Program-made: the position numbers and the translations under genes | Part shown: positions 1-8,676 of the stretch, piece after piece | Numbering within the stretch: the stretch's first letter is position 1 | Layout: every line of letters starts with the position of its first letter | DNA from: Candidatus Omnitrophota bacterium | GTDB lineage: Bacteria > Omnitrophota > Omnitrophia > Omnitrophales > Aquincolibacteriaceae | Assembly: GCA_903819565.1 (NCBI GenBank) | Contig: CAIJDY010000107.1 | Location: 1 to 42,429 of the forward strand | Length of the DNA: 42,429 nucleotides | Direction of reading: 5' to 3' | Notes under the pieces: model-generated | What the model was told of the DNA's origin: nothing | The model's input: only the letters and a program-made list of their open reading frames with translations | The model's database searches: none

Positions 1-1
1 C

Positions 2-1183
2 ATCAATGATACGCTGGGCCACGTGATCGGCGATCAGCTGATCAAAGCCGTTTCTGTCAGGATCCTTAAGACCGTTTACAATTCGGATACCGTGACACGC
101 ATTAGCGGTGGCAATTTCATGATCCTTCTGCCGCATCTCGGTGCACATGAGAACGCGGAGAACGTGGCGAACAAGATCCTGACGGCGTTCAAGTCCCCGT
201 TCCGCATCAACGAGCACGAGCTTTTCACGACCTGCAGTATCGGGATCGCGATATCCCCGGGAGACGGAGCCACGAGCGGGGCGTTGATGAAGAACGCGGA
301 TGCCGCGATGCATCTTTCCAAGGAACGGGGGAAAGACCGCTACCAGCTTTTCTCTTCCGCGATCACGAATAACAGTTTTGAGCGGTTGGTACTCGAGAAT
401 AGCTTGCGGCGGGCTCTGGAACGGCAGGAGTTCAGGCTTCATTACCAGCCGCAACTTGACCTGCGGACGGGGAAGGTGACCGGGGTCGAGGCCTTGATAC
501 GCTGGCAGCATCCGGACCTTGGGTTTATTCCGCCGATGGAGTTCATCCCGGTCGCCGAGGATACGGGACTGATCCACGCGATCGGGGATTGGGTGCTTCA
601 AACCGCCTGCGAACAGAAAAGGATCTGGAACAAGATGGGTTTCAAGGATCTGAGGGTGGCGATCAATCTTTCCGCGCGGCAATTTCACTACGCGAATCTG
701 GTAGATCTTATTTCGAACGCTGTCAAGAAGGTCGATATGGACCCGCGGGGACTGGAACTGGAGCTTACGGAGAGCACCCTGATGGACCGTTTGGAAGAGA
801 CGACGGAGACGCTTCGCAAACTCAAGGACATGGGCCTGAGCATCAGCATCGACGATTTTGGTACCGGGTATTCTTCGCTGATGTACCTGAAAACTTTTCC
901 GATCGATGCGATCAAGATCGACAAGTCCTTCGTCCATGACGTCACTACCGACGTGGACGACTCGGCCATTACCCAGGCCATTATTTCCATGGCGCACAGC
1001 CTGAAGCTGGAGGTAGTCGCCGAAGGGGTGGAGACCAGTCCGCAGCTGGAGCTTCTCCGGTCGCAGGGTTGCGACATCATCCAGGGGTATCTTTTCAGCA
1101 AGGCCATTCCTCCTGAAGACATTATCCCGCTCATGAGCAACGGCGCCGCAAAAAAGGTTCTTTCGCCCACCAAACAACCCTGA
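2..1183 (+). CDS. GGDEF-EAL protein, 5'-partial; probable c-di-GMP phosphodiesterase with degenerate cyclase domain
   Basis: Frame open from the window edge (INDTLGHVIGD). The GGDEF position reads RISGGNF. EAL-domain motifs GVEALIRW, AINLS, ELTES, DDFGTGYSSL, IKID, VAEGVE and QGY are intact. Confidence 0.93.
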   Translation: MNDTLGHVIGDQLIKAVSVRILKTVYNSDTVTRISGGNFMILLPHLGAHENAENVANKILTAFKSPFRINEHELFTTCSIGIAISPGDGATSGALMKNADAAMHLSKERGKDRYQLFSSAITNNSFERLVLENSLRRALERQEFRLHYQPQLDLRTGKVTGVEALIRWQHPDLGFIPPMEFIPVAEDTGLIHAIGDWVLQTACEQKRIWNKMGFKDLRVAINLSARQFHYANLVDLISNAVKKVDMDPRGLELELTESTLMDRLEETTETLRKLKDMGLSISIDDFGTGYSSLMYLKTFPIDAIKIDKSFVHDVTTDVDDSAITQAIISMAHSLKLEVVAEGVETSPQLELLRSQGCDIIQGYLFSKAIPPEDIIPLMSNGAAKKVLSPTKQP

Positions 1184-1407
1184 TCTTCTCGGGAATTTCC
1201 GCAACGTGACCTTTCATGCCTCCAGCGTGCATTTTTCATTCTTAAGTTCGGGAAGGTTTTCTCCGATACGTGCACTGCATTACCGGAAATCTCTAAGATT
1301 TTTCGCTCCAAAAAAATCGATAATAAACCGGTAACAGGTGTAGAATAAATTAGGTTCGATAGGTGCTTTCAATGTCGAGGGCCGCGGCGAAAGCCGGGGC
1401 GAAGGAC

Positions 1408-1695
1408 ATGGCAAGATCACGAGCAAACCTTCCTTTTCGGTGTGTTTCGGTGTTGTTCCTTATGGTCGCCGCGGTTTTCTTTGGCGGGGCGGCTTTTTCT
1501 CCCGGCGCGGTCCCATTTATTTCACTCCTGAACCCCAGCGGGGTCTCTGCGGGAACAAGCGTGAATAGCATGCTGGCGTTCCAAGATACAGCGCCGGTCT
1601 TCCAGCCTGCCTTGCCGGCAGGCGGGCATGACGTTGTTTTGAGACAGGTGGACGAGATGATGCTTACCGAACGCGCGGTTTCCACCGCGGTTTAA
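1408..1695 (+). CDS. Hypothetical exported or membrane-anchored protein (~95 aa)
   Basis: GAAGGA before ATG 1408; basic N-terminus then hydrophobic stretch VSVLFLMVAAVFFGGAAF; no recognisable domain. Confidence 0.45.
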   Translation: MARSRANLPFRCVSVLFLMVAAVFFGGAAFSPGAVPFISLLNPSGVSAGTSVNSMLAFQDTAPVFQPALPAGGHDVVLRQVDEMMLTERAVSTAV

Positions 1696-1856
1696 GAAGT
1701 TCCGGACTACACTCCCTTTGACAGGATGGGTTCGTAGCCGTGACTCTTTTTCGTTTGTTTCATCGGCGCTGGCGGGACGGTCTTGCTTCGTAGACCTGCG
1801 GGTGCCGGTGGAAAACGGTGCTGGAAAATTCTTCTAAAAAAGTCATAATAGCCTCC

Positions 1857-3179
1857 ATGGCATACCGTTTTGTTTGCTCCCACTGCGGAAAATCATTCGA
1901 ACTCGACACGCCTGCTGCGAAGGAGTGTCCTTTTTGCTATTGGTCATCGACCGTGAAGCGGGAGGATGGAGATCCGTCACAGAAGAAAAAGGGTCCGGCG
2001 GCGTCAAAATTCTCACCTCCCGTAAAAGATCCGGGCGTGAAGAAGGACATTTCCGGCCGGAGCCTGGGGTATCTTCTCAGGATCGTTCTTATTCTTTTGG
2101 TGCTGGCCGGGATTGCGGTCGCAGGTTTCTGGGTATATAAAAAACTGCCGGTCTCTTCCCCAAAAGGCGAATCCTTCACGATCCAATTCCCCAAAACGGA
2201 AAAGGCCTCTTTGAAATCCCCAGCGGTCGCTTCCGGCGTGGCGGCCCTTTCTCCGGAAGACAAAGAGGCCCTTTATAAAGAGATGACCCTTCCTTCGGAA
2301 CGCGTCCCGGACGCCTCCGAGCAGGAGATCTTGAATCGGGCGGTCCGGCTGGAGACCGGCTGGGTGGAAAAAGTGCCATCCGCGAGCTGGACTGCGGAGC
2401 AATACACCCGGCTGATCGAGGATCAGGAACGCTTTTATAAAATGCCTTTCCCCCGAAGCTATAAGAAAAAGCTCCAGGAACTTTTCAAAACCCAGTACCT
2501 CGCGGGTGTCGAAGCCTTTACGAAGGGAGACCTTCTGGCCGCGCGCGACCTGTGGGTGGGGTCCCTGGCGATCCCGCTTTATTCAGAGGATCTCCGGAAG
2601 CACCGGGCCGTGGCGCTTACCATGCTCCGTCCTTTTATCAATGACACGCTGGCCAAGATCCGGGCGATGAATCAAAGCCTTGTCGACAAGGGAAAGCGTG
2701 CCCAGGAAGAGGCGTTAAGCGCGGAGTACCAGAATCTTTCTGCGTTGATCGCGCAGAAACAATGGGCCGGGGCGCTTGCGGCGATAGCGTCCCTCACGCC
2801 CCGGGTGACGCAGCTCCAGCAAAGCTCGAAGATCCGGGAGGCTCCGCCGTCGTATCCGGCGTCGTTCGGCAACGTGGATCAGGACATCCAGCGCGCGCTC
2901 ATGGATTTGATGGCGACGAATCCGTCAACGTTAGCGGACCTGCAACCGTTGCAGCAGGATCTGGTCGAAAAAAAGGAAGTTCTTGAGACTTTTACCGAGG
3001 ACTACCTGAAAGGCGTCATGACGACGTACCAGAATGCCATGGCGCTTATTCACGTACAAAAATGGGGAGAGGCGATCCAGGCGTTTGAGTCCATGGCGGG
3101 TCCGCGGGAACTTCAGGAAGATGCGGCCCGGAAGGTCGCTATCCTGAAAAAGATCGGCCAGTCTTCGATAGCTTCGTAA
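1857..3179 (+). CDS. Zinc-ribbon / single-TM / helical periplasmic-domain protein
   Basis: N-terminal CSHC...CPFC, K/P/S-rich linker, TM helix LLRIVLILLVLAGIAVAGFWVY, long amphipathic helical C-terminal part. Start placed at ATG 1857. Confidence 0.8.
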   Translation: MAYRFVCSHCGKSFELDTPAAKECPFCYWSSTVKREDGDPSQKKKGPAASKFSPPVKDPGVKKDISGRSLGYLLRIVLILLVLAGIAVAGFWVYKKLPVSSPKGESFTIQFPKTEKASLKSPAVASGVAALSPEDKEALYKEMTLPSERVPDASEQEILNRAVRLETGWVEKVPSASWTAEQYTRLIEDQERFYKMPFPRSYKKKLQELFKTQYLAGVEAFTKGDLLAARDLWVGSLAIPLYSEDLRKHRAVALTMLRPFINDTLAKIRAMNQSLVDKGKRAQEEALSAEYQNLSALIAQKQWAGALAAIASLTPRVTQLQQSSKIREAPPSYPASFGNVDQDIQRALMDLMATNPSTLADLQPLQQDLVEKKEVLETFTEDYLKGVMTTYQNAMALIHVQKWGEAIQAFESMAGPRELQEDAARKVAILKKIGQSSIAS

Positions 3180-3250
3180 TAAATGAAGCAGGGGATGAGC
3201 GCAGCCTTGATTCATCAGGGAAAACCAGCTAAGCTTTGGGGGAAGATGTC

Positions 3251-3652
3251 ATGAGCCGCGAGGCGCTAATGTTCGGAGGCGGAAAAGCCGGAAGGGTTTT
3301 GTATGCGCTGGTGCGGGATATGGTCGCGGCTTCCCGGATCGTTAAAAGTGCCGGCCCGCTTCATGTCATCGCGCGGAATTTCGACCGGGCCCAAACGCTT
3401 CTTGATCATGCCGTGAAGGAAAAGCCCTGTTTGGTGATCTTGGATCTCGAAACCTGTGAAGTGGAGGCATTTCAGGTGCTCAAAGAGTTGCGTTATAATG
3501 CCGATTTAAAGGGAGTCCCTGCAGTGGGGGTGGTGACCCAGGCGAAGGCGATGGTGAAACCGGAGGCCGAGAAGGCAGGTTGCCTGCGGGTCTATTTGAA
3601 GACGGAATTCATCAGGGAACTTCCGGATCTGATCGCGAGGTATGCCGCATGA
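3251..3652 (+). CDS. Single-domain response regulator receiver (CheY-like), atypical
   Basis: KPCLVILDL (phosphoacceptor Asp), EAFQVLKELR, VPAVGVVT, AEKAGCLRVYLK follow the REC fold pattern. Confidence 0.75.
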   Translation: MSREALMFGGGKAGRVLYALVRDMVAASRIVKSAGPLHVIARNFDRAQTLLDHAVKEKPCLVILDLETCEVEAFQVLKELRYNADLKGVPAVGVVTQAKAMVKPEAEKAGCLRVYLKTEFIRELPDLIARYAA

Positions 3653-3936
3653 TTTTTCATATAGGGAACGATATGCCCGTGGTGGAAACGAAGGTAATGG
3701 ACTGCGAGTCCTCCTCGTTCACTTCCGAAGAAACACGCATCATCAAAAGTCAGATCCGCAAGAACAGGGCTTTGATCAATGATTACATCAAGCGGATCGA
3801 TCTGTTCGTGAATCAGGAGCGTTATCCCCAGCAGGTCGATTTTGTCGCGAAGATCCGCGCGCGGTTGTTCCTTTTAATGGACGAGAACGATACTTTCCGG
3901 AAAGTCCTCTGGAAGCATTGCCAACACGGGTTTTAA
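3649..3936 (+). CDS. Hypothetical small helical protein
   Basis: ATGA overlap with the receiver-gene stop (alternative start 3673); amphipathic helical sequence. Confidence 0.65.
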   Translation: MIFHIGNDMPVVETKVMDCESSSFTSEETRIIKSQIRKNRALINDYIKRIDLFVNQERYPQQVDFVAKIRARLFLLMDENDTFRKVLWKHCQHGF

Positions 3937-4034
3937 TCAGAGACCGATCAACCCGCGATAATGAACGCGCTCCCGGTTTTTAATAAAGACCAGATGAGAA
4001 CCGGACAACAGCAAACGACAGGAATGAGGACCTT

Positions 4035-5297
4035 ATGATCGAACATCTGACAACATTGATCCTTGGCGGCGGGCAGGGGAAGCGCCTTTTTCCCTTAACA
4101 AGTTATCGTTCCAAACCGGCCGTTCCGATCGGCGGGCAGTACCGCCTGGTTGACATCCCGATCTCCAACGCCATCAACTCCGGATTGCGGCGCGTTTTCG
4201 TCCTGACCCAATTCAATTCCGCCTCGCTGCACCGGCACATTCACCGGACGTACCCTTACGAGGCTTTCACGAAGACCAGCGTGGAACTTTTAGCGGCCGA
4301 ACAGACGCTCGAGCACACCGATTGGTTCCAGGGGACGGCCGACGCGGTCCGGAAATGCATGCCGCATTATCACAGCTACGTGACCGACACGTTCCTGATC
4401 CTTTCCGGGGACCACCTCTACCGGATGGATTACCGGGAGATCCTGAAATTCCATCACGATCATGACGCGGACGTCACAGTCGCGACCATCCCGGTCCCCG
4501 AGCGCGAGATCAAGGGGCTCGGGATCATGAAGTTGAGGTCGGACGGAGCCATTACGGATTTTATTGAAAAGCCTACGAAAGATGAATCGGTCGCCTCCTA
4601 TGTTCTTCCCAGGAAGAAATGCGCCGAGATGGGGATCAAATCCAAGTCACCGACATATCTTGCGTCGATGGGGATCTATGTCTTCAAAAAAGACGTTTTA
4701 ATGGACGTTCTGGCGGGACAGGAGAAGGATTTTGGAAGGGAGATCATCCCGAAGGCCATAAAAAAGCATAAGGTGTTCGGGTACGTGTTCACCGGTTATT
4801 GGCGGGACATCGGGACGATCGGTTCTTATTTCAACGCCAGTCTGGGGCTTGCAGCGCCGGAACCCTCCTTCAGTTTTCTTTCACCGCAGGGGCGGATCTA
4901 TACCCGTCCGCGCTACCTGCCGCCTTCGAGGTTCCTGAATACCCAAATGGAGCATGTGCTCATGTCCGAGGGATGCACGTTCTACGGCGCTAAGGTCCAG
5001 GAGTCAGTGATCGGACTCCGCTCCATCGTGAATCAGGGGACCGTGATCCGCCGGAGCATTCTCATGGGGAACGACTATTACGAATGGCCCGCCTCGAACA
5101 CAGACCGCAAGCTCGGGATCGGTAAGAACTGCCTGATCGAAAACTGCATCCTCGATAAGAACGTCGGGATCGGCGACAATGTCGAGATCACGAACATCCA
5201 CAAGCTCAAGGAAAAAGATGGAGAGAATTATTTTATCCGTGACGGGATCGTGATCATTCCCAAGGGCGCGCACATTCCGCCCGGCACAAAGATCTAA
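4035..5297 (+). CDS. glgC: Glucose-1-phosphate adenylyltransferase (ADP-glucose pyrophosphorylase)
   Basis: ILGGGQGKRLFPLT, RSKPAVPIGG, LTQFNSASL, WFQGTADAV, LSGDHLYRMDY, FIEKP, ASMGIYVF, DFG, YWRDIGT; C-terminal beta-helix repeats. Confidence 0.97.
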   Translation: MIEHLTTLILGGGQGKRLFPLTSYRSKPAVPIGGQYRLVDIPISNAINSGLRRVFVLTQFNSASLHRHIHRTYPYEAFTKTSVELLAAEQTLEHTDWFQGTADAVRKCMPHYHSYVTDTFLILSGDHLYRMDYREILKFHHDHDADVTVATIPVPEREIKGLGIMKLRSDGAITDFIEKPTKDESVASYVLPRKKCAEMGIKSKSPTYLASMGIYVFKKDVLMDVLAGQEKDFGREIIPKAIKKHKVFGYVFTGYWRDIGTIGSYFNASLGLAAPEPSFSFLSPQGRIYTRPRYLPPSRFLNTQMEHVLMSEGCTFYGAKVQESVIGLRSIVNQGTVIRRSILMGNDYYEWPASNTDRKLGIGKNCLIENCILDKNVGIGDNVEITNIHKLKEKDGENYFIRDGIVIIPKGAHIPPGTKI

Positions 5298-5316
5298 CGA
5301 ACGGTCCGGTTCTTTT

Positions 5317-5625
5317 ATGAGCTCTCGCCAGTCTTTTTTCACGTTCCGGGAATGTTTCCTGCTCGCCGGCCTGCTGTTGTTCGTCGTGCCCCCGGGCCGG
5401 GCCCAGGGAAGGACGGGCGCGGAAGGAAAGGATCCGGAAGGATCGGTCGCGCAGGCCCAGGCGACGCTTTCTTCCTTGTTCGGAAAAAAGGCCACCCTGC
5501 CGATCCCGCCACGGGTCAACGGAACGATCGCCCTTCCGAGTTTCGATTCAAAGGATTTTCGGGTCGATGAGGAGTGGGTCCGGGGCCGTAAAGATTCCGA
5601 AGAAAAACAAGGACCGGGTCAGTGA
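5317..5625 (+). CDS. Hypothetical secreted protein
   Basis: Signal-peptide-like FLLAGLLLFVVPPGRA-Q; fills the gap after glgC; 3' end overlaps the convergent lptG by 7 nt. Confidence 0.45.
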   Translation: MSSRQSFFTFRECFLLAGLLLFVVPPGRAQGRTGAEGKDPEGSVAQAQATLSSLFGKKATLPIPPRVNGTIALPSFDSKDFRVDEEWVRGRKDSEEKQGPGQ

Positions 5626-6716
5626 TCCGCTCGTCCAAGCCGCAGAAAAGCCACGGTCGCGAACAGGATATTCCCGCCCCAAGCGCTAAAGAAGGGAAGG
5701 AGCTTCCCGGATTTTCCTAACGCGAGAGCCACGGCGTCAGTCACGTAATAAGCGAAGACGGATGCCGCGCAGATGAGCACGCTCATGGCAACAGCCTTGC
5801 GGTTGCGGACCGAACCGAGGAAGGGAACGGCGATGAGCATCATCACGAGCCCTTTCCAGGGTGCCGCCAAGCGGCTGTAGAGATCCACTTTTTCGGCGTA
5901 GACCGCGATGCCGTTCTCCCGGAGTTTTTGGATCGTGTATTTCAATTCGTGGTAGGATAGGAAGATGGTCTCGCTGGCGGTGTTGATGAGGTCCCGCGGT
6001 GTGATGTCGATGTCCGGATAGGTTTTTATCGGGATGACGATAGGTTTCCCGAGCACGCCTCCCTGCACGTCCGTCTGATATTCCGTAATGCCCTCGAAAA
6101 CCCAATGGTCTTCGACCCAAGCGCCTTTTTTCGCGAAGATTTTTTGAGTGGTGTGGTGGGTTACCGGATCCATCCAGATAATGATGGCATCTTCAAGGGT
6201 CTTGGGCCGGGGAGCGAATTTCCGGAAATAATACAGCGTGTTCCCGCCGGAATAATAGGTCACGTTCTTGAAGACCTTGCGGTCCTCTTTGCCCTTCTTT
6301 TTCTCGATATAGATCTCCAGCAATTCGTTGGCCGCGCGGTAAGTCTTGGGCACGATACGGTCGGCGATCAGGAAAGTGATGATGCCCAGGAGTAGCGCCA
6401 GAAAGATCAGGGGGCGGACAATGGTCAGGATCTTGATGCCTGCGGCCTTCATGGCCGTCAACTCGTTGTGGAGGCCGAGGTTAACCAGAAGGAAGATCGT
6501 TCCAAGCCAGATGGACCACGCGATGGTCTGGGTGAAAGAAAAAGGGATGAGGGAAAGGTAATAACGCAGGATGATGAGGATTGGGGTCTTGTTCCTTAAC
6601 AGCTCATCGAGATTATCAAAGAGGTCCGCGACCAAGATCAGGAAGACGAGCGTGAGAGAGCAGAAGAGGATCGGCATCAGCAGTTCTCGCACAAGGTAAC
6701 GGTCCAGGACTTTCAA
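5619..6716 (-). CDS. lptG: LPS export ABC transporter permease LptF/LptG family (LptG-like)
   Basis: MKVLDRYLVRELL, NELTAMKAAGI, three TM + periplasmic jellyroll + three TM, LPFFSAWGGN; TTG start with GAGGAG SD. Confidence 0.88.
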   Translation of the reverse strand: MKVLDRYLVRELLMPILFCSLTLVFLILVADLFDNLDELLRNKTPILIILRYYLSLIPFSFTQTIAWSIWLGTIFLLVNLGLHNELTAMKAAGIKILTIVRPLIFLALLLGIITFLIADRIVPKTYRAANELLEIYIEKKKGKEDRKVFKNVTYYSGGNTLYYFRKFAPRPKTLEDAIIIWMDPVTHHTTQKIFAKKGAWVEDHWVFEGITEYQTDVQGGVLGKPIVIPIKTYPDIDITPRDLINTASETIFLSYHELKYTIQKLRENGIAVYAEKVDLYSRLAAPWKGLVMMLIAVPFLGSVRNRKAVAMSVLICAASVFAYYVTDAVALALGKSGKLLPFFSAWGGNILFATVAFLRLGRADH

Positions 6717-6903
6717 GGGGAATCTCCTCTAATACTGCGTTCCTAGTAATTACGGGTTCGCAACCCTGATTCTCTCTCATTAAATTGATGAATGGTGTCA
6801 AGACAGCCCACGCTGCCCTTCACCGAATAAAAAGTCTGGGCAGCTAACCCTAAGCATCCAACGGAGAACGGTGCCAAGGGTCAATGATCGCGAAGTCCTT
6901 ATA

Positions 6904-7632
6904 CTAGCCGCGCGGGGTATGAATCTCAAACTGTTTTTCTCGGGAGGTTCCGGTCTGCCCGACGGTGCGGGCAAGCGTGAAGAGGTCCACGCGTCTGGCG
7001 CCGAACGATTTGAGCGTCCGGGCGGCCTCATTGGCCGTGGCACCGGTGGTGAAAACATCGTCCACAAGAAGAAAAGAGCGGCCGGCGACTCTTTGGGGAT
7101 GCCGTACTTTAAAGGCGCCGTAGACATTGATCGCCCGCTCTTCGTGGTTCAGGAACGTCTGGCTGGGAATGGGATGTTTTTTGACCAGGAGCGATCGGGC
7201 GAGCGGCGGGGTCAGCTCGGGGCTGAGAAGATCCGCCAGAATTTCGGCTTGGTTGAAGTGTCTTTTCAAAAGTTTCAGGCGGTGGATCGGGATAGGGAGG
7301 ATCGCGTGATACGCGCGGTCGGAGGTGACGGCCTGCGCAAGAGAAAGGGCCGGGCCGCGGCAAGTTTTGAGCAGATGGTCTTTTCGCGCGTATTTGACGG
7401 CGTGCAGAAGTTCTTTGAAGGGAGAACGGTAGGCATAAACGGCCCAGACATGATCCAGCGATTCGAATCGCTCTTCGACCCACGCCTCCTCGAGTGGCCA
7501 GGCGAGGCTGTTCAAGGCCCTGGAGCAATCCTCGCAGAGAATCTTCTCTTCGAGCGTGAGCATCCGGGGACAGAGGGCGCAAACCGCCGGATAGAAAAGC
7601 CGGACGAAAGCTTCTTTGTATTGACGGAGCAT
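6904..7632 (-). CDS. comF: ComF family double-zinc-ribbon phosphoribosyltransferase-like competence protein
   Basis: FYPAVCALC, LCEDC, PIPIH, RHFNQA, LLVDDVFTTGATANEAA. Confidence 0.92.
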   Translation of the reverse strand: MLRQYKEAFVRLFYPAVCALCPRMLTLEEKILCEDCSRALNSLAWPLEEAWVEERFESLDHVWAVYAYRSPFKELLHAVKYARKDHLLKTCRGPALSLAQAVTSDRAYHAILPIPIHRLKLLKRHFNQAEILADLLSPELTPPLARSLLVKKHPIPSQTFLNHEERAINVYGAFKVRHPQRVAGRSFLLVDDVFTTGATANEAARTLKSFGARRVDLFTLARTVGQTGTSREKQFEIHTPRG

Positions 7633-7737
7633 AAATAAAATGGCCGCTGTTGACTGTATGACCCCGGACCGAAGAGCCTGCTTTTATCGGTTCGACGGGG
7701 ATATGCGCACATATTTTCACCAAGAAAAGAATATAGA

Positions 7738-7760
7738 TTATTTGATTTAAAATCAAATAA
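7738..7760. promoter_or_regulatory. Perfect 11-1-11 palindrome upstream of comF (operator candidate)
   Basis: TTATTTGATTT-A-AAATCAAATAA in an AT-rich patch. Confidence 0.45.
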
Positions 7761-7839
7761 AAAATATTAATAAGGCAAATGCTGAACTTCAGACGGATCT
7801 GGGATTTATAATCCCAGGTTGAGAAGGGGAAAGCAGTTT

Positions 7840-8412
7840 TCAGGCGCGACCCGCGACCTCACCGGTTTCGGTGTTCACGCGGACAGAAGTGCCCGGCTCG
7901 ATATAGAGGGGGACCTGGACCTCGATGCCGGTTTCGAGTGTTGCTTTTTTCATGGAACGACCCGAGGAAGAGGTTCCTTTCATGACCGGATCCGTCTCGG
8001 TGACGGCCAGTTCGACGTAGACGGGCAGTTCCAGCGAGACGACGGTTCCGTTCAGCTTTAGCGCCTGGACTTCCAGGTTTTCCTTCAGGTAGAACCGCTG
8101 TTCCGCCAATTTTTCCGCGCTGAGAGAAAATTGCTCGAACGTGGCGTTGTCCATGAAACAATAATCGGAACCGGAAGCGTAAAGGAAAGCTGCCGGAACT
8201 TTTTCGACGTCCGCCAGATCGAATTTTTCCGCCGTCTTGAAGGTCTTGTCCAGAACGGCCCCGTTCAGAAGATTGCGTACCTTGGATTTCACCATGGTGG
8301 AAGCCCCGCGCGCCGTCGGGGAAGTGAACCGGACATCAAGCACGAAGTAGGGAAGTCCCTCGATCAAAATATAAAGTTTCTTTTCCAGTTCGTTCGCTGA
8401 AACCTGCGACAT
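7840..8412 (-). CDS. efpL: Elongation factor P-like protein, EfpL/YeiP type
   Basis: EF-P fold motifs (FLY..G..Y.FMD..TFEQ, LELP..VEL.V.ETDP, K.A.LETG..V.VP..I..G..V.VNT); loop SPTARGA as in YeiP/EfpL; GGAAGGAG SD before ATG 8412 (an in-frame ATG also lies at 8448). Confidence 0.85.
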   Translation of the reverse strand: MSQVSANELEKKLYILIEGLPYFVLDVRFTSPTARGASTMVKSKVRNLLNGAVLDKTFKTAEKFDLADVEKVPAAFLYASGSDYCFMDNATFEQFSLSAEKLAEQRFYLKENLEVQALKLNGTVVSLELPVYVELAVTETDPVMKGTSSSGRSMKKATLETGIEVQVPLYIEPGTSVRVNTETGEVAGRA

Positions 8413-8457
8413 GATGGGGCTCCTTCCCTGTCCGAAGTTTCGGACCATGGAAGCGTC

Positions 8458-8486
8458 ATTCTATACGAGAGACGTTCGTTTACCAA
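8458..8486 (-). promoter_or_regulatory. sigma70-type promoter for the EF-P-like gene
   Basis: TTGGTA-17 nt-TAGAAT on the minus strand. Confidence 0.5.
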
Positions 8487-8676
8487 GAGCTCCTTGAAGC
8501 GGGTTTGATGCGTCGACGGACGGGGAGAGGCCTTTGCCGCGGAAGGATGCGTGATGGAGGAGGTTCCGTCAAACATTTAAGTTGACGGCAGTGCCCCCAA
8601 GGGATTAAATCTCACTCTTGATAGGTCGTCGCGAACGGGCTGTTCTTGAAGTTAAAATGACTTAAGCGGACGGGAT

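Noticed and set aside
1374-1407. GAAA-tetraloop hairpin near the EAL gene as a c-di-GMP-I riboswitch
   Set aside because: Lacks the GGCAAAC...GACGCAAAG core and the second stem with tetraloop receptor.
3961-4038. 25-codon uORF overlapping the glgC start (ATGA)
   Set aside because: glgC has its own SD (GAGGA), the uORF has no initiation signal, and such overlaps arise easily by chance.
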